NCBI GenBank assembly: GCA_000004695.1
Contig: CM000152.2
Coordinates: forward strand, 640,001 to 704,000
Source of the DNA: Dictyostelium discoideum
Lineage: Eukaryota
Length of the DNA: 64,000 bases
Reading direction: 5' to 3'
The notes under the pieces are model-generated. The model saw only the letters and a program-made list of their open reading frames with translations, was not told where the DNA came from and did not search any database. Positions 14,901 to 26,349 of the stretch are shown one piece after another. How positions within the stretch are numbered: the first letter of the stretch is position 1; every line of letters begins with the position of its first letter. Position numbers and translations under genes: made by a program.

Positions 14901-15345
14901 TTTATTGAATTTGATGAAAATGGGATTAAATAATTTCTTTCACATTTTCACTTTTTATCTTTTTCAATAAATCTTGGAGGTTCTTCTAAAATTAAATGAA
15001 CATATGATCCAGACATACCAAAATTATTAATTCCAATTGCAACTGGTATTTTTAAATTGTTTGGAAAATCTTCTAATTCTGTTTGAACTTTTAAATTCCA
15101 TTCATCAATTTTAATTTTTGGATTGATTCTTTCAAAATGAATGTTTGGAATGAATTTTTTATATTTTAAACTTAAACAAACTTTAATAAATGAACCAACA
15201 CCACTTGCTGCTTCCATATGGCCAATGTTGGTTTTAACTGAACCAATTCTTAATGGATTTGATTTTGAATGATGATCTTTAAAAACCATTGAAACAGATT
15301 CTACCTCGGTTGGATCACCAGTTGGAGTACCATAATCCTATAATA
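11960..15345 (-). pseudogene. type I polyketide synthase fragment (C-terminal half of KS, then AT, DH, ER, KR-like); disrupted and 5'-truncated
   Basis: Reading the minus strand from high to low coordinates gives five domain segments. The KS segment is DYGTPTGDPTEVES...GSVKTNIGHMEAASG (15345 to 14948). The AT segment contains the active-site GHSFGE (about 14400) and IIEIAPTPTLAYYIKK. The DH segment has LNDHRVKGKVLFPGSGYID, an HxxxGxxxxP motif (about 13400). The ER segment has LIHSACGGVGLAALKLL (12960). The last segment is a degenerate KR-like stretch, LLITGQTSISP (12300). These segments lie in different frames separated by stops. An in-frame TAA at 13516-13518 sits just upstream of the DH motif. 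No KS N-terminal half or ACP is present, and upstream of 15345 the sequence is AT-rich non-coding. Confidence 0.65.
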
Positions 15346-15827
15346 AATTTTAATTTTAATAATATATATTTTATTAATTTTTAAATCATCTAAAAAAAAA
15401 AGAAAAAAAAAAAATTGTTGAAAAAAAAAAAAAAAAAAAGATAAAAATAACCCCACCACCACTTTATTAAAATATGAATATTTTTTTGTGGGATTTGAAA
15501 CCACAAATCGTAAAATTACATATATTTTTTATTTGGTTTGACACATGGTGTCTAAAATGAATTCAAATGAAAATATTATTTTAAATAAGAAAATATCATT
15601 AAATTTTAAAAAAATACTAAAATTTAATTGGTTTTTTTTTCAATATAAATTTGTTTTTTATTTTATTTTATTAAAATTAATTAATATTACAACAATGTGT
15701 ATAATCTATTGTTTTTTCAGACATTTGTCGTTACGTAATTTTTTTTTTTTTTTTATTTATTGTATTTTATTTTATTTTATTTAATTTTATTTTATTTTAT
15801 TTTATTTTATTTATTTTAGAGTTTTTC

Positions 15828-15858
<31 letters not shown>

Positions 15859-15950
15859 TAAAGTTTTAGTATTGAATTGTTACAAGAAATAATTTCTATC
15901 AAATAAAAAGAAATTTTAATTAATAACTTTTTATTTTAAAATTATTATTA

Positions 15951-18900
15951 TTAAGGAGAAGAATCGGCTCGATCTTTTAGAATTAAATTTAATAAAGAAT
16001 ATGAAGATGTTAAAGTTTTTCTATTTTTTCTCTTTTTATAAATAACAACCAAGGCTATAACTATTATTAAAATACCAGCTGGAGTTCCTATTGACAATGA
16101 AAGTATTAATGCTAAATGGTTTGGTCTATTATATTTTCCTCTGTCATCATAAAATGTTGGCTTGATTGGGAAAAATGAAAAATCATATTCATATCTCTGA
16201 TTTTCAATTGATTGTTCAATATATTCATTATTCAATTCTTTATTTATAGCATAATTATTATTATTAGGTATGATTTGATCTAATTGGAAATTAAAATTAA
16301 AAGTAAATGATTTAATTTCATGAGGTTTAATTTGAATAGTTTCAATTGTTTTGTTGTTTTCACCTTTATTCTCACCATCAATAATATTATTTGTTCCATT
16401 ATTTGAGAAAATAATTGATGATGGTTTTTCATTTATAAATGAATATTCTGATTCACCACATTTGACTGGGAATTTTTTATTTATTCTTGTTGAATATTCT
16501 AATTATTATTTTATTTTATTTTTTTTTAAAAAAAAAGTTAGTAAAAATTCTAATAAATAGAAAATAATAATTTTATAATGTACATACTATCAATTAAATT
16601 ATTTTTTGTTAATTTTAAAAAAGATAAACCAGTTTCAATAAAGTTTGATATTTCTAATTCGTTAAATAATGTTGATTTATCGGTATCAGTAGTAGATTGA
16701 GTATTTGAATCAACTTCATGAATATTGAATAATCTTAAACCGACTGTATTGTTTTTTAATGTTAATAATGATTGTAAATGAATATTTGAAGGTAATTGAT
16801 TTGATAATGGTGAATATTTTAATAAATAACCAGTTTGATTATTGTGTTTTTTGACAAACATAATTGGTTGATTTGTAATATGTAAACTTATTCTTTTTTC
16901 ATTTTGTAATTGATTATTAACCAAATCCATATTAAAGTATAATTTAGCATCACTTCTTCCAATATCTTTACTTGGCCAATTTACTCCTTTCCAATCATCA
17001 GTATCCATAGTTCTATGAATCATAATTTCCATTTCGCCATCTGATGGTGATGTTGCGCCAACTGATCTATCTACATAAACTGTATATTGATGATTATTAT
17101 TTTCTGAGGTTTCTTTTAATTTTATATAACCTAAAACTGGGTAATAATTTTGATTGACAGTTCTATCATGATTGTAAATTCTTTTTCTAGATTCTAAACC
17201 ATTATCAGTATAAAATATATCATCATTTTCAAGATCTTTTACTTTATAATTGATTGTTGTTTCTCTATTCATATCACCGTTAATTGAATAACCAGTTTCA
17301 ATGTAATTCTCTGTGATTAATGATTTGCTATTACTATTATCGATTTCATTGTTTTTATAAATTCTTTGAACTACAATCGATGTTACATTGCAACCATCAT
17401 CTACACCATATAACATTGTTAATTGAGATACTAATGGGCCATCGTGGTAGATGAATTTATCAGGGTTCTCTAAGAATCCGTGTTTTTTACCACCTTTAAC
17501 ATTGAAAATGTATGGACCACTCTTTTTAGTTGAATATTGATGGAATGTTTGTTCGATTGTTTTAATTTCATTTGAATTTTTATCAGTTATTTTACTTATT
17601 AAACCATTTGATTCGAATTCTACTTTGAATCTATTATTATTAAAATTAATTTCATTTCCTTTTTTCAATAGTTTTGGTTTTGATAAAATGGTATTTGGTT
17701 TTGAATCTTCATTACTAGAAATACTTAGATAATAAGTATTTAAACCTAATGGTGGTAAATTAATAATTGCAAATACAATATAATTATTTTCAATTGATTG
17801 ACAATTTGAATCATCTTGAATTGGTATTATTTGAATTTGAATTGTTTTATTTGATATAGCTTCAACCAATTGAATTGATTCTAATAATTGATTATCATTT
17901 TTATTAACTTTTATTCTAAATGAAACATGTTGGTTAACTTCCCAACCTAATGTATTGTGGAATACTAATGAATATTGATTATTTATTTCATTTGATAAAT
18001 CTATTACATTTTCAAAATTGAATGGTTCATTTGTACTGTCTGTATTTTCATTATTATTATTATCTTTATTTAATAAATATTCTAAAGAATTTGAAATGAT
18101 ATTATAATTTGAAATTCTTGATTTTTGTAATCTTTGGAAATTATCATTTAAAACAAATGATCTTGAAGTACCTGTAACAATATCATGATGTTGAACCAAT
18201 GCTATTGTATTTCTATTTTCATTTAATTGATTTGATAACGTTTGTAAATTATTAATATCGATTTGATTATTTGAATTTTCGCCAATTGCTAAAGTGTATA
18301 ATATATCTGATGATTTTTGTAAAAGACTTGATTCTCTAATCAATCTTTTTAACAATGGTCTTGTTGTATAATATCCTGTCCAATATTCTAAATCACCAGT
18401 TGAATATGGAAAGAAATCTTTATTATATAATGATAATGTTGATGAAAAACCTGTCTTTAAATTCTCCTCTACAGTTTTACCAAGTTTATTCATAAATTCG
18501 TCCTCTAAAGCAATGAAATATTCATCTATTGTTGCATATTTAATTTCTTTTATATTATACTTTTCTTTATTATCTTGAATAACTTTTAACCATTCTTTTG
18601 AAACTGAAAATTCATTTTTTGCATTTGAATATCTGAAATCATCACCCAATGGAATCATTAGTATGCTTGATTCTCTGGTATTTGATAAATCTTTAATATA
18701 TTTAGTGAATCCTTTAACACGCTCTTCTAATGAAAAATCTTTCTTTGGGTCAATATGCTTTGGATAATCATAATGAACATTTAATGTGGAAACTAACATT
18801 TGTGATTGTTCTCCTAATGATTCTGAACCTTTCCATATGAATTCCATTTCTTTGGCTGATTTCATATAAGATTTAACATCATCTGAAACACGATTAATAA

Positions 18901-19738
18901 TTAATCCTTTTATACCCATACTTGAAAAAATGGTTGGTGTTGATGATGAATATCCAAATGGATCGATTTGCCATGCATATTCTATTGTATAGTTAAGTGT
19001 ATCTTTTAACCATTGATGGCCTTGTGTCATTTGTGTTATAACATCATCAATTGTTGCTGTTGCTTCATCATTTTGTACCCATCCACCACTAATAAATGAT
19101 AGTTGTTTATTATTTATTAAATTTCTAACAATTTCTCTTTGATTTTCATTTCGGTCATTCCACCACCTACTAAAAAATCCACTGTGAGTGTGTAAAATAT
19201 AAAAAAAAGGAATAAAAAAAAAAATGGAAAAATAAAAAAAAGAAAAAGGGTGGTTAGTGGGAATAAATAAAAAAAAAATAATAATAATAATAAAGAAGTT
19301 GGAAAATATAAAAACCATACATTTCTACCCAATTAAATTTCTTTTCTTTATCTAAATTTAATTCATTCACAATACCTGATAAAATATATTGAACAACATG
19401 ATTATAATACCACTGTATTTAAAATAATTGTTAGAAAAGAAAATAAAAAAATGACTAATAATTAAAACTAAAAAAAACTCAATACAAACGTCATAATCTT
19501 GTAACCAACCACTATCACAATGAGAATGGGGTATTAAAAATATAGATAATTTTTCATCTTTTAAATCTCCATTTAATTGGAATATCTTTTTTAAACTTTG
19601 AGAATTATTATTATAATTTACTATTTCAAAATTTTCATTATAAATATTGATAATAAAAGTTGATAACAAAATCCATACTCCAATAACAAATATAATTTTA
19701 ATTAATTTGGTTTTATTCATTTCTTTTATTTTTAACAT
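15951..19738 (-). CDS. GH38 alpha-mannosidase (lysosomal/class II type) with C-terminal transmembrane anchor, copy A; 4 exons approx join(15951..16498,16588..19181,19321..19412,19490..19738)
   Basis: Exon 1 is MLKIKEMNKT (signal) followed by FLIPHSHCDSGWLQDYD, the GH38 HxHxDxGW metal-site motif. Exon 2 is WYYNHVVQYILSGIVNELNLDKEKKFNWVE. The large exon runs GFFSRWWNDRNENQREIV...ISGGWVQNDEA...LVQHHDIVTGTSR.... The last exon is ...NNEYIEQSIENQRYEYDF... and ends in the TM helix LILSLSIGTPAGILIIVIALVVIYKKRKNRK. Donors are GTTTGT, GTATGG and GTATGT. The total of 3483 nt is divisible by 3. Confidence 0.8.
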
Positions 19739-20401
19739 TTATTTTTGGATTTCAAAATAAAAAAAAATCATTGACATAAAAAACACCAAGAAAAAAAAAA
19801 AGTATTAAAAAATATAATATAAAAAAAAAAATTACACGAAAATAAAAAAAAAACAACACCAAAATAAAAAAAAATTTAATTTTTTGGAAAATATCGTCAT
19901 ATAGCAAAAAAAAAAAAATTGTGATGTTTCAAAAAGTAAAAAAACGTCATAAAAAAAACAAAATTCCTAAAAATTCAGACTATCAGACAAAAGTAAGTGA
20001 ATTGATTTCCTACCTTTTGAGGTTTTTATGTTTTAGATTGGGTGAGGAAATATTCGTAGAGAATTTAATTGTAAAAAAAAAAAAAATTTTAAATTAAAAA
20101 TAATAAAAATAAAATTAAAAAAAAAAAAACCTTAATATCCACAGGAAAATATCTTGGACTTTCAAGAAATTTTTTTTTTTACAACCTTTTTTTTCATTTT
20201 TTAAAAAACTCAATATTTTGGATGGTTTACAACCGCTGGAATATATGAAGATAAAAAATATTTTTTGTTTTTTTTTTTTTTTATTTTTATTTTTAGCTTA
20301 TTTTACATTTTTTTATTTTATTTTATTTTATTTTTTGATTTTTATTTTTATTTTGATTGTTTTTTTATTTTTTTATTTTTATTTTTAAATTATTATTATT
20401 T

Positions 20402-22587
20402 TTAAGGAGAATAATCAGTTTGGTCTTCTTGTTGAATTAAATTTGATGAAGAATTTGAAGATGTTAAAGTTTTTCTATTTTTTCTCTTTTTATAAGTAAC
20501 AACCAAGGCTATAACTATTATTAAAATACCAGCTGGAATTCCTATTGACAATGAAAGTATTAATGCTAAATGGTTTGGTCTATTATATTTTCCTCTGTCA
20601 TCATAAAATGTTGGCTTGATTGGGAAAAATGAAAAATCATATTCATATCTCTGATTTTCAATTGATTGTTCAATATATTCATTATTCAATTCTTTATTTA
20701 TAGCATACTTATTATTATTATTATTATTATTAGGTATGATTTGATCTAATTGGAAATTAAAATTAAAAGTAAATGATTTAATTTCATGAGGTTTAATTTG
20801 AATAGTTTCAATTGTTTTGTTGTTTTCACCTTTATTCTCACCATCAATAATATTATTTGTTCCATTATTTGAGAAAATAATTGATGATGGTTTTTCATTT
20901 ATAAATGAATATTCTGATTCACCACATTTGATTGGAAATTTTTTATTTATTCTTGTTGAAAATTCTAATTATTATTTTATTAATTTTTTTTAAAAAAAAA
21001 AAAAAGTTAGTTAAATTCTAAATATATATATATAATATTGTACATACTATCAATTAAATTATTTTTTGTTAATTTTAAAAAAGATAAACCAGTTTCAATA
21101 AAGTTTGATATTTCTAATTCGTTAAATAATGTTGATTTATCGGTATCAGTAGTAGATTGAGTATTTGAATCAACTTCATGAATATTGAATAATCTTAAAC
21201 CGACTGTATTGTTTTTTAATGTTAATAATGATTGTAAATGAATATTTGAAGGTAATTGATTTGATAATGGTGAATATTTTAATAAATAACCAGTTTGATT
21301 ATTGTGTTTTTTGACAAACATAATTGGTTGATTTGTAATATGTAAACTTATTCTTTTTTCATTTTGTAATTGATTATTAACCAAATCCATATTAAAGTAT
21401 AATTTAGCATCACTTCTTCCAATGTCTTTACTTGGCCAATTTACTCCTTTCCAATCATCAGTATCCATAGTTCTATGAATCATAATTTCCATTTCGCCAT
21501 CTGATGGTGATGTTGCGCCAACTGACCTATCTACATAAACTGTATATTGATGATTATTATTTTCTGAGGTTTCTTTTAATTTTATATAACCTAAAACTGG
21601 GTAATAATTTTGATTGACGCTTCTATCATGATTGTAAATTCTTTTTCTAGATTCTAAACCATTATCAGTATAAAATATATCATCATTTTCAAGATCTTTT
21701 ACTTTATAATTGATTGTTGTTTCTCTATTCATATCACCGTTAATTGAATAACCAGTTTCAATGTAATTCTCTGTGATTAATGATTTGCTATTACTATTAT
21801 TGATTTCATTATTATTTTTATAAATTCTTTGAACTACAATCGATGTTACATTACAATAATCATCTACACCATATAACATTGTTAATTGAGATACTAATGG
21901 GCCATCGTGGTAGATGAATTTATCAGGGTTCTCTAAGAATCCGTGTTTTTTACCACCTTTAACATTGAAAATGTATGGACCACTCTTTTTAGTTGAATAT
22001 TGATGGAATGTTTGTTCGATTGTTTTAATTTCATTTGAATTTTTATCAGTTATTTTACTTATTAAACCATTTGATTCGAATTCTACTTTGAATCTATTAT
22101 TATTAAAATTAATTTCATTTCCTTTTTTCAATAATTTTGGTTTTGATAAATAGGTGAAATTTGATTTTGAATCTTCGCTATTAGCAATACTTAAATAATA
22201 AGTATTTAAACCTAATGGTGGTAAATTAATAATTGCAAATACAATATAATTATTTTCAATTGATTGACAATTTGAATCATCTTGAATTGGTATTATTTGA
22301 ATTTGAATTGTTTTATTTGATATAGCTTCAACCAATTGAATTGATTCTAATAATTGATTATCATTTTTATTAACTTTTATTCTAAATGAAACATGTTGGT
22401 TAACTTCCCAACCTAATGTATTGTGGAATACTAATGAATATTGATTATTTGATTCATTTGATAAATCTATTGCATTTTCAAAATTGAATGGTTCACTTTT
22501 ATTTACAGTATTATTATTATTATTACTACTACCACTACCACTACTACTGCTACTACCTGTTGTACTAATACTATTTGTATTTTTAAG

Positions 22588-22642
<55 letters not shown>

Positions 22643-24359
22643 TTATTATTATTATTATTTGTTTTGTTATTACTTTTATTTAATAAATATTCTAAAGAAT
22701 TTGAAATGATATTATAATTTGAAATTCTTGATTTTTGTAATCTTTGGAAATTATCATTTAAAACAAATGATCTTGAAGTACCTGTAACAATATCATGATG
22801 TTGAACCAATGCTATTGTATTTCTATTTTCATTTAATTGATTTGATAACGTTTGTAAATTATTAATATCGATTTGATTATTTGAATTTTCGCCAATTGCT
22901 AAAGTGTATAATATATCTGATGATTTTTGTAAAAGACTTGATTCTCTAATCAATCTTTTTAACAATGGTCTTGTTGTATAATATCCTGTCCAATATTCTA
23001 AATTACCAGTTGAATATGGAAAGAAATCTTTATTATATAATGACAATGCTGATACCTCATCATCACCATCACTAAAAGTTTCAGTGTAAACATTTTGTTT
23101 TCTACTTTTACCAAATTTATTATTTCTCAAGAAACTATCCTCCAAAGCAATGAAATATTCATCTAAAGTTGCATATTTAATTTCTTTGATATTGTAATAT
23201 TCTTTATTATCTTGTAAAGCTTTTACCCACTCTTTTGAAACTGAAAATTCAGTTTTTGCATTTGAATATCTGAAATCATCACCTAATGGAATCATTAGTA
23301 TGTTTGACTCTCTAGTTTTTGATAAATCATTGAGATATTTAGTGAATCCTTTGATACGATCATTTAATGAAAAATCTTTCTTTGGGTCAATATGTTTTGG
23401 ATAATCATAATGGATATTTAATGTGGAAACTAACATTTGTGATTGTTCTCCTAATGATTCTGAACCTTTCCATATGAATTCCATTTCTTTGACTGATTTC
23501 ATATAAGATTTAACATCATTTGAAACACGATTAATAACTAATCCTTTTATACCCATACTTGAAAAAATGGTTGGTGTTGATGATGAATATCCAAATGGAT
23601 CGATTTGCCATGCATACTCTACTGTATAGTTAAGTGTATCTTTTAACCATTGATGGCCTTGTGTCATTTGTGTTATAACATCATCAATTGTTGCTGTTGC
23701 TTCATCATTTTGTACCCATCCACCACTAATAAATGATAATTGTTTATTATTTATTAAATTTCTAACAATTTCTTTTTGAATTTCATTTTGGTCATTCCAC
23801 CACCTACTAAAAAATCCACTGTGTGTGAAATATAAAATAAAAAAATGAAAAAAAAAAAAAAAAAAATGAAAAAGGTGGTTAGTGGGAAAATGAAAAAAAA
23901 AAAAAAAAAAAAAAAGTAAAAATATTTAATGAAACGTTACATTTCTACCCAATTAAATTTCTTTTCTTTATCTAAATTTAATTCATTAACAACACCAGAT
24001 AAAATATATTGAACAATATTATAATAATATCCCTATCAAAAAAAAAAAAAAAAAATATGTTAAAAAATTTTAAAAAAAAGAAATAATTTATTAAAATTTA
24101 TATATTTAATACAAACATCATAATCTTGTAACCAACCACCATCGCAATGAGAATGAGGTATTAAAAATACAGATAATTTTTTGTCATCCCCGTTTTCTTT
24201 GTTATTAATTTGATTTATTGTTTTTAAACTTCGTTTTTCGAATTTATTGATTCCAAAAGTTGATTTATAATCGTAATTATTGTATATTATTAAAAAAGTG
24301 AATACCAAAATCCAAATACCAAAAACCCATATAATTTTAACAAATTTACTACTTTCCAT
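20402..24359 (-). CDS. GH38 alpha-mannosidase with C-terminal transmembrane anchor, copy B (tandem paralog); 4 exons approx join(20402..20964,21048..23818,23941..24032,24117..24359)
   Basis: The exon/intron architecture and splice phases match copy A, and long stretches are near-identical at the nucleotide level. It differs by a poly-N/S insertion (about 22490-22680, NNNNNNNNKNNNN...SSSSSGSGSS) and by a variant block FLRNNKFGKSRKQNVYTETFSDGDDEV. The N-terminal exon has HSHCDGGWLQDYD. The total of 3669 nt is divisible by 3. Confidence 0.8.
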
Positions 24360-24444
24360 TTTTTTAAAATATCATTATTAATAAAGTTATTATATTATAA
24401 AAGAAGGTTTTATTTTTTTATTTTTTATTTTTTATTTTTTATTT

Positions 24445-24475
<31 letters not shown>

Positions 24476-24783
24476 ACATATATTAAAAATAAAAACACAA
24501 TTTTTTTGGGAAGGGAAAAGAAAAAATATAAAAAAAAAACAAAAATTAACAATAGTGACTATAAAATTAAAATTAATTAAAAAAAATAATAAAAAAAATT
24601 TACAAAACACATTTTTAAAACACTTTACTAAAAAGGTATTAATTGGGGTGTGGTAAATTTAAAAATTTCTTTAAAATTACTTAATATTTTTAAAAATTTT
24701 TATTTTTTTTATTTTTTTATTTTATTTTAAATGTTCCGATCTTATATAAAAAAAGGAAAAATAAAATAAAAAATAAAAAAAGG

Positions 24784-24819
<36 letters not shown>

Positions 24820-25493
24820 ATTTTTTTTTTTTTTTTTTTTTTTTTAAACAATGACTTGGTTTTATTTATTTTTATTATTATTATTTCAGTATATAAAAAT
24901 ACACAAAATGATATAAATTATATAAAAAATGAATGTAAACATTTTGTTTTTTTAATTTTTTTTTTAATCAAAATTTTATTTTTAATTCATTTTTGTAATT
25001 GTTTTTTTTTTTTCAAAGTGGGGAAATATAAAAAAATAGCTGAATTGGTATATTTTTTTTTATAAAAACCATTTTAAATAAAATCAAATAATTTGGTTGT
25101 TTTTTTTTTTTTTTCCTATATAAGAAATAGTATGGGAAGATTTTCTGAGAAACCACCACCAATAAAGATGAAGATGGTGAAGATGATTATTATTTTGGTG
25201 GTGATAATAGTAAAAATAGTGATGATAATGATAATGATGATGATAATGATATTATTTAATAATCAATTTAAATCTAATAAATAATATTTAAATTTATTTA
25301 TTTTCACCACAAATAAATCAAGACAATTTTTTTTTTTTTTTTATAAAAAATAATAGTGACCTAAAAATAATGAAAAAAAATCTATAAATATATATTTTTA
25401 TTTTATTAAACCTTTTTTTTATTTTATTTTTAATTTTTTGTTTTTTAATTTTTTTTATTTAAAAATGATATTATCTTCTTTTAAAATGCCAAG

Positions 25494-25653
25494 GTGCATA
25501 GATAAATCTTTCCTTCTCTGGCATTTGATTAGTATTGATTCATTTTATTACTTTAGAAATAAAATTTTAATATGATGGTGATCAACCTTTCTTTATGATA
25601 TAGTGCATAGATTAATCTTTCCTTTCTCTATCATTTGATTGGTATTGATTCAT
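25494..25653. repeat. two ~50-bp imperfect direct repeats (gtgcatagatWaatctttcctt...catttgattRgtattgattcat) separated by ~60 bp
   Basis: Copy 1 lies at about 25494-25543 and copy 2 at about 25603-25653. They sit about 700 bp upstream of the piggyBac-like ORF and about 250 bp upstream of a possible 5' exon. I saw no inverted partner downstream of the ORF. Confidence 0.7.
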
Positions 25654-26349
25654 ATATTATTATTATTATTATTATCTAGATTAAAATTGAATGTAAACCA
25701 TTTTATTTGGAAAAAAACTAATTTATTAATTGACTTTTAACACAAAAAATAAAAAAATTTTTCACATTTTTTTACGCCTTAAAAAATTAAAAAAAAAAAA
25801 AAAAATTAATAAAAATTCAGATATTTATTTTTGAAAACAAATATTAAAATGAAAGTGTGTATTTTTTTTTTTTTTTTTTTTTTTATTGAACATTTAACCA
25901 TTCTATAAATAAAATGACAAAAAAATCAGAAAAAATAAACAAAGAAAGTAATATTTCAAAAACAATAATTACAAATGCCCAAATTGATCAAAAAATGAGA
26001 AATGAGTATGTTAATTTGTGATCTTTTTTGTTTTTTAAAATTTATAATTATTAAATTTATTTTTCATTAAATAACATTTTCAATTTTTTATATAATTTGT
26101 TGTATTATTTTTTATTTTTTTAAAAAAGGGAAGCTGAAAAATTATTTTGGATTTTTAATAATAAAGTTAGACCAATTAATTATAGCGAAATTGTTGAAAA
26201 CACTACACCAAGAAAATCATCAATAAATAGAGAAAAGATTGAAAGTGAAAATAATGGTCAGGTTTATAATGAATTATTTTTTTTTAAATTGTTATTAAAT
26301 GAAGATTTATCAAAATTTTTAATTTCATTAATTAATACAAATCTTAGAC

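Larger units (their letters stand above)
15951..24359. repeat. tandem segmental duplication (two ~4.4 kb units, head-to-tail) containing the two alpha-mannosidase genes
   Basis: The units span roughly 15951-19740 and 20402-24360. Their exons and several introns align nearly base-for-base, for example 16600-17400 against 21060-21860. Confidence 0.85.

Noticed and set aside
22484-22717. Plus-strand poly-L ORF inside mannosidase copy B.
   Set aside because: It is the antisense of the poly-N/S insertion.
25093-25284. 63-aa ORF MVVFFFF...MGRFSEKPPPIKMKMVKM..., with an alternative acidic frame DEDGEDDYYFGGDNSKNSDDNDNDDDND.
   Set aside because: Both frames are short and bounded by stops. They are made of simple gat/atg repeats with no signal or intron support.
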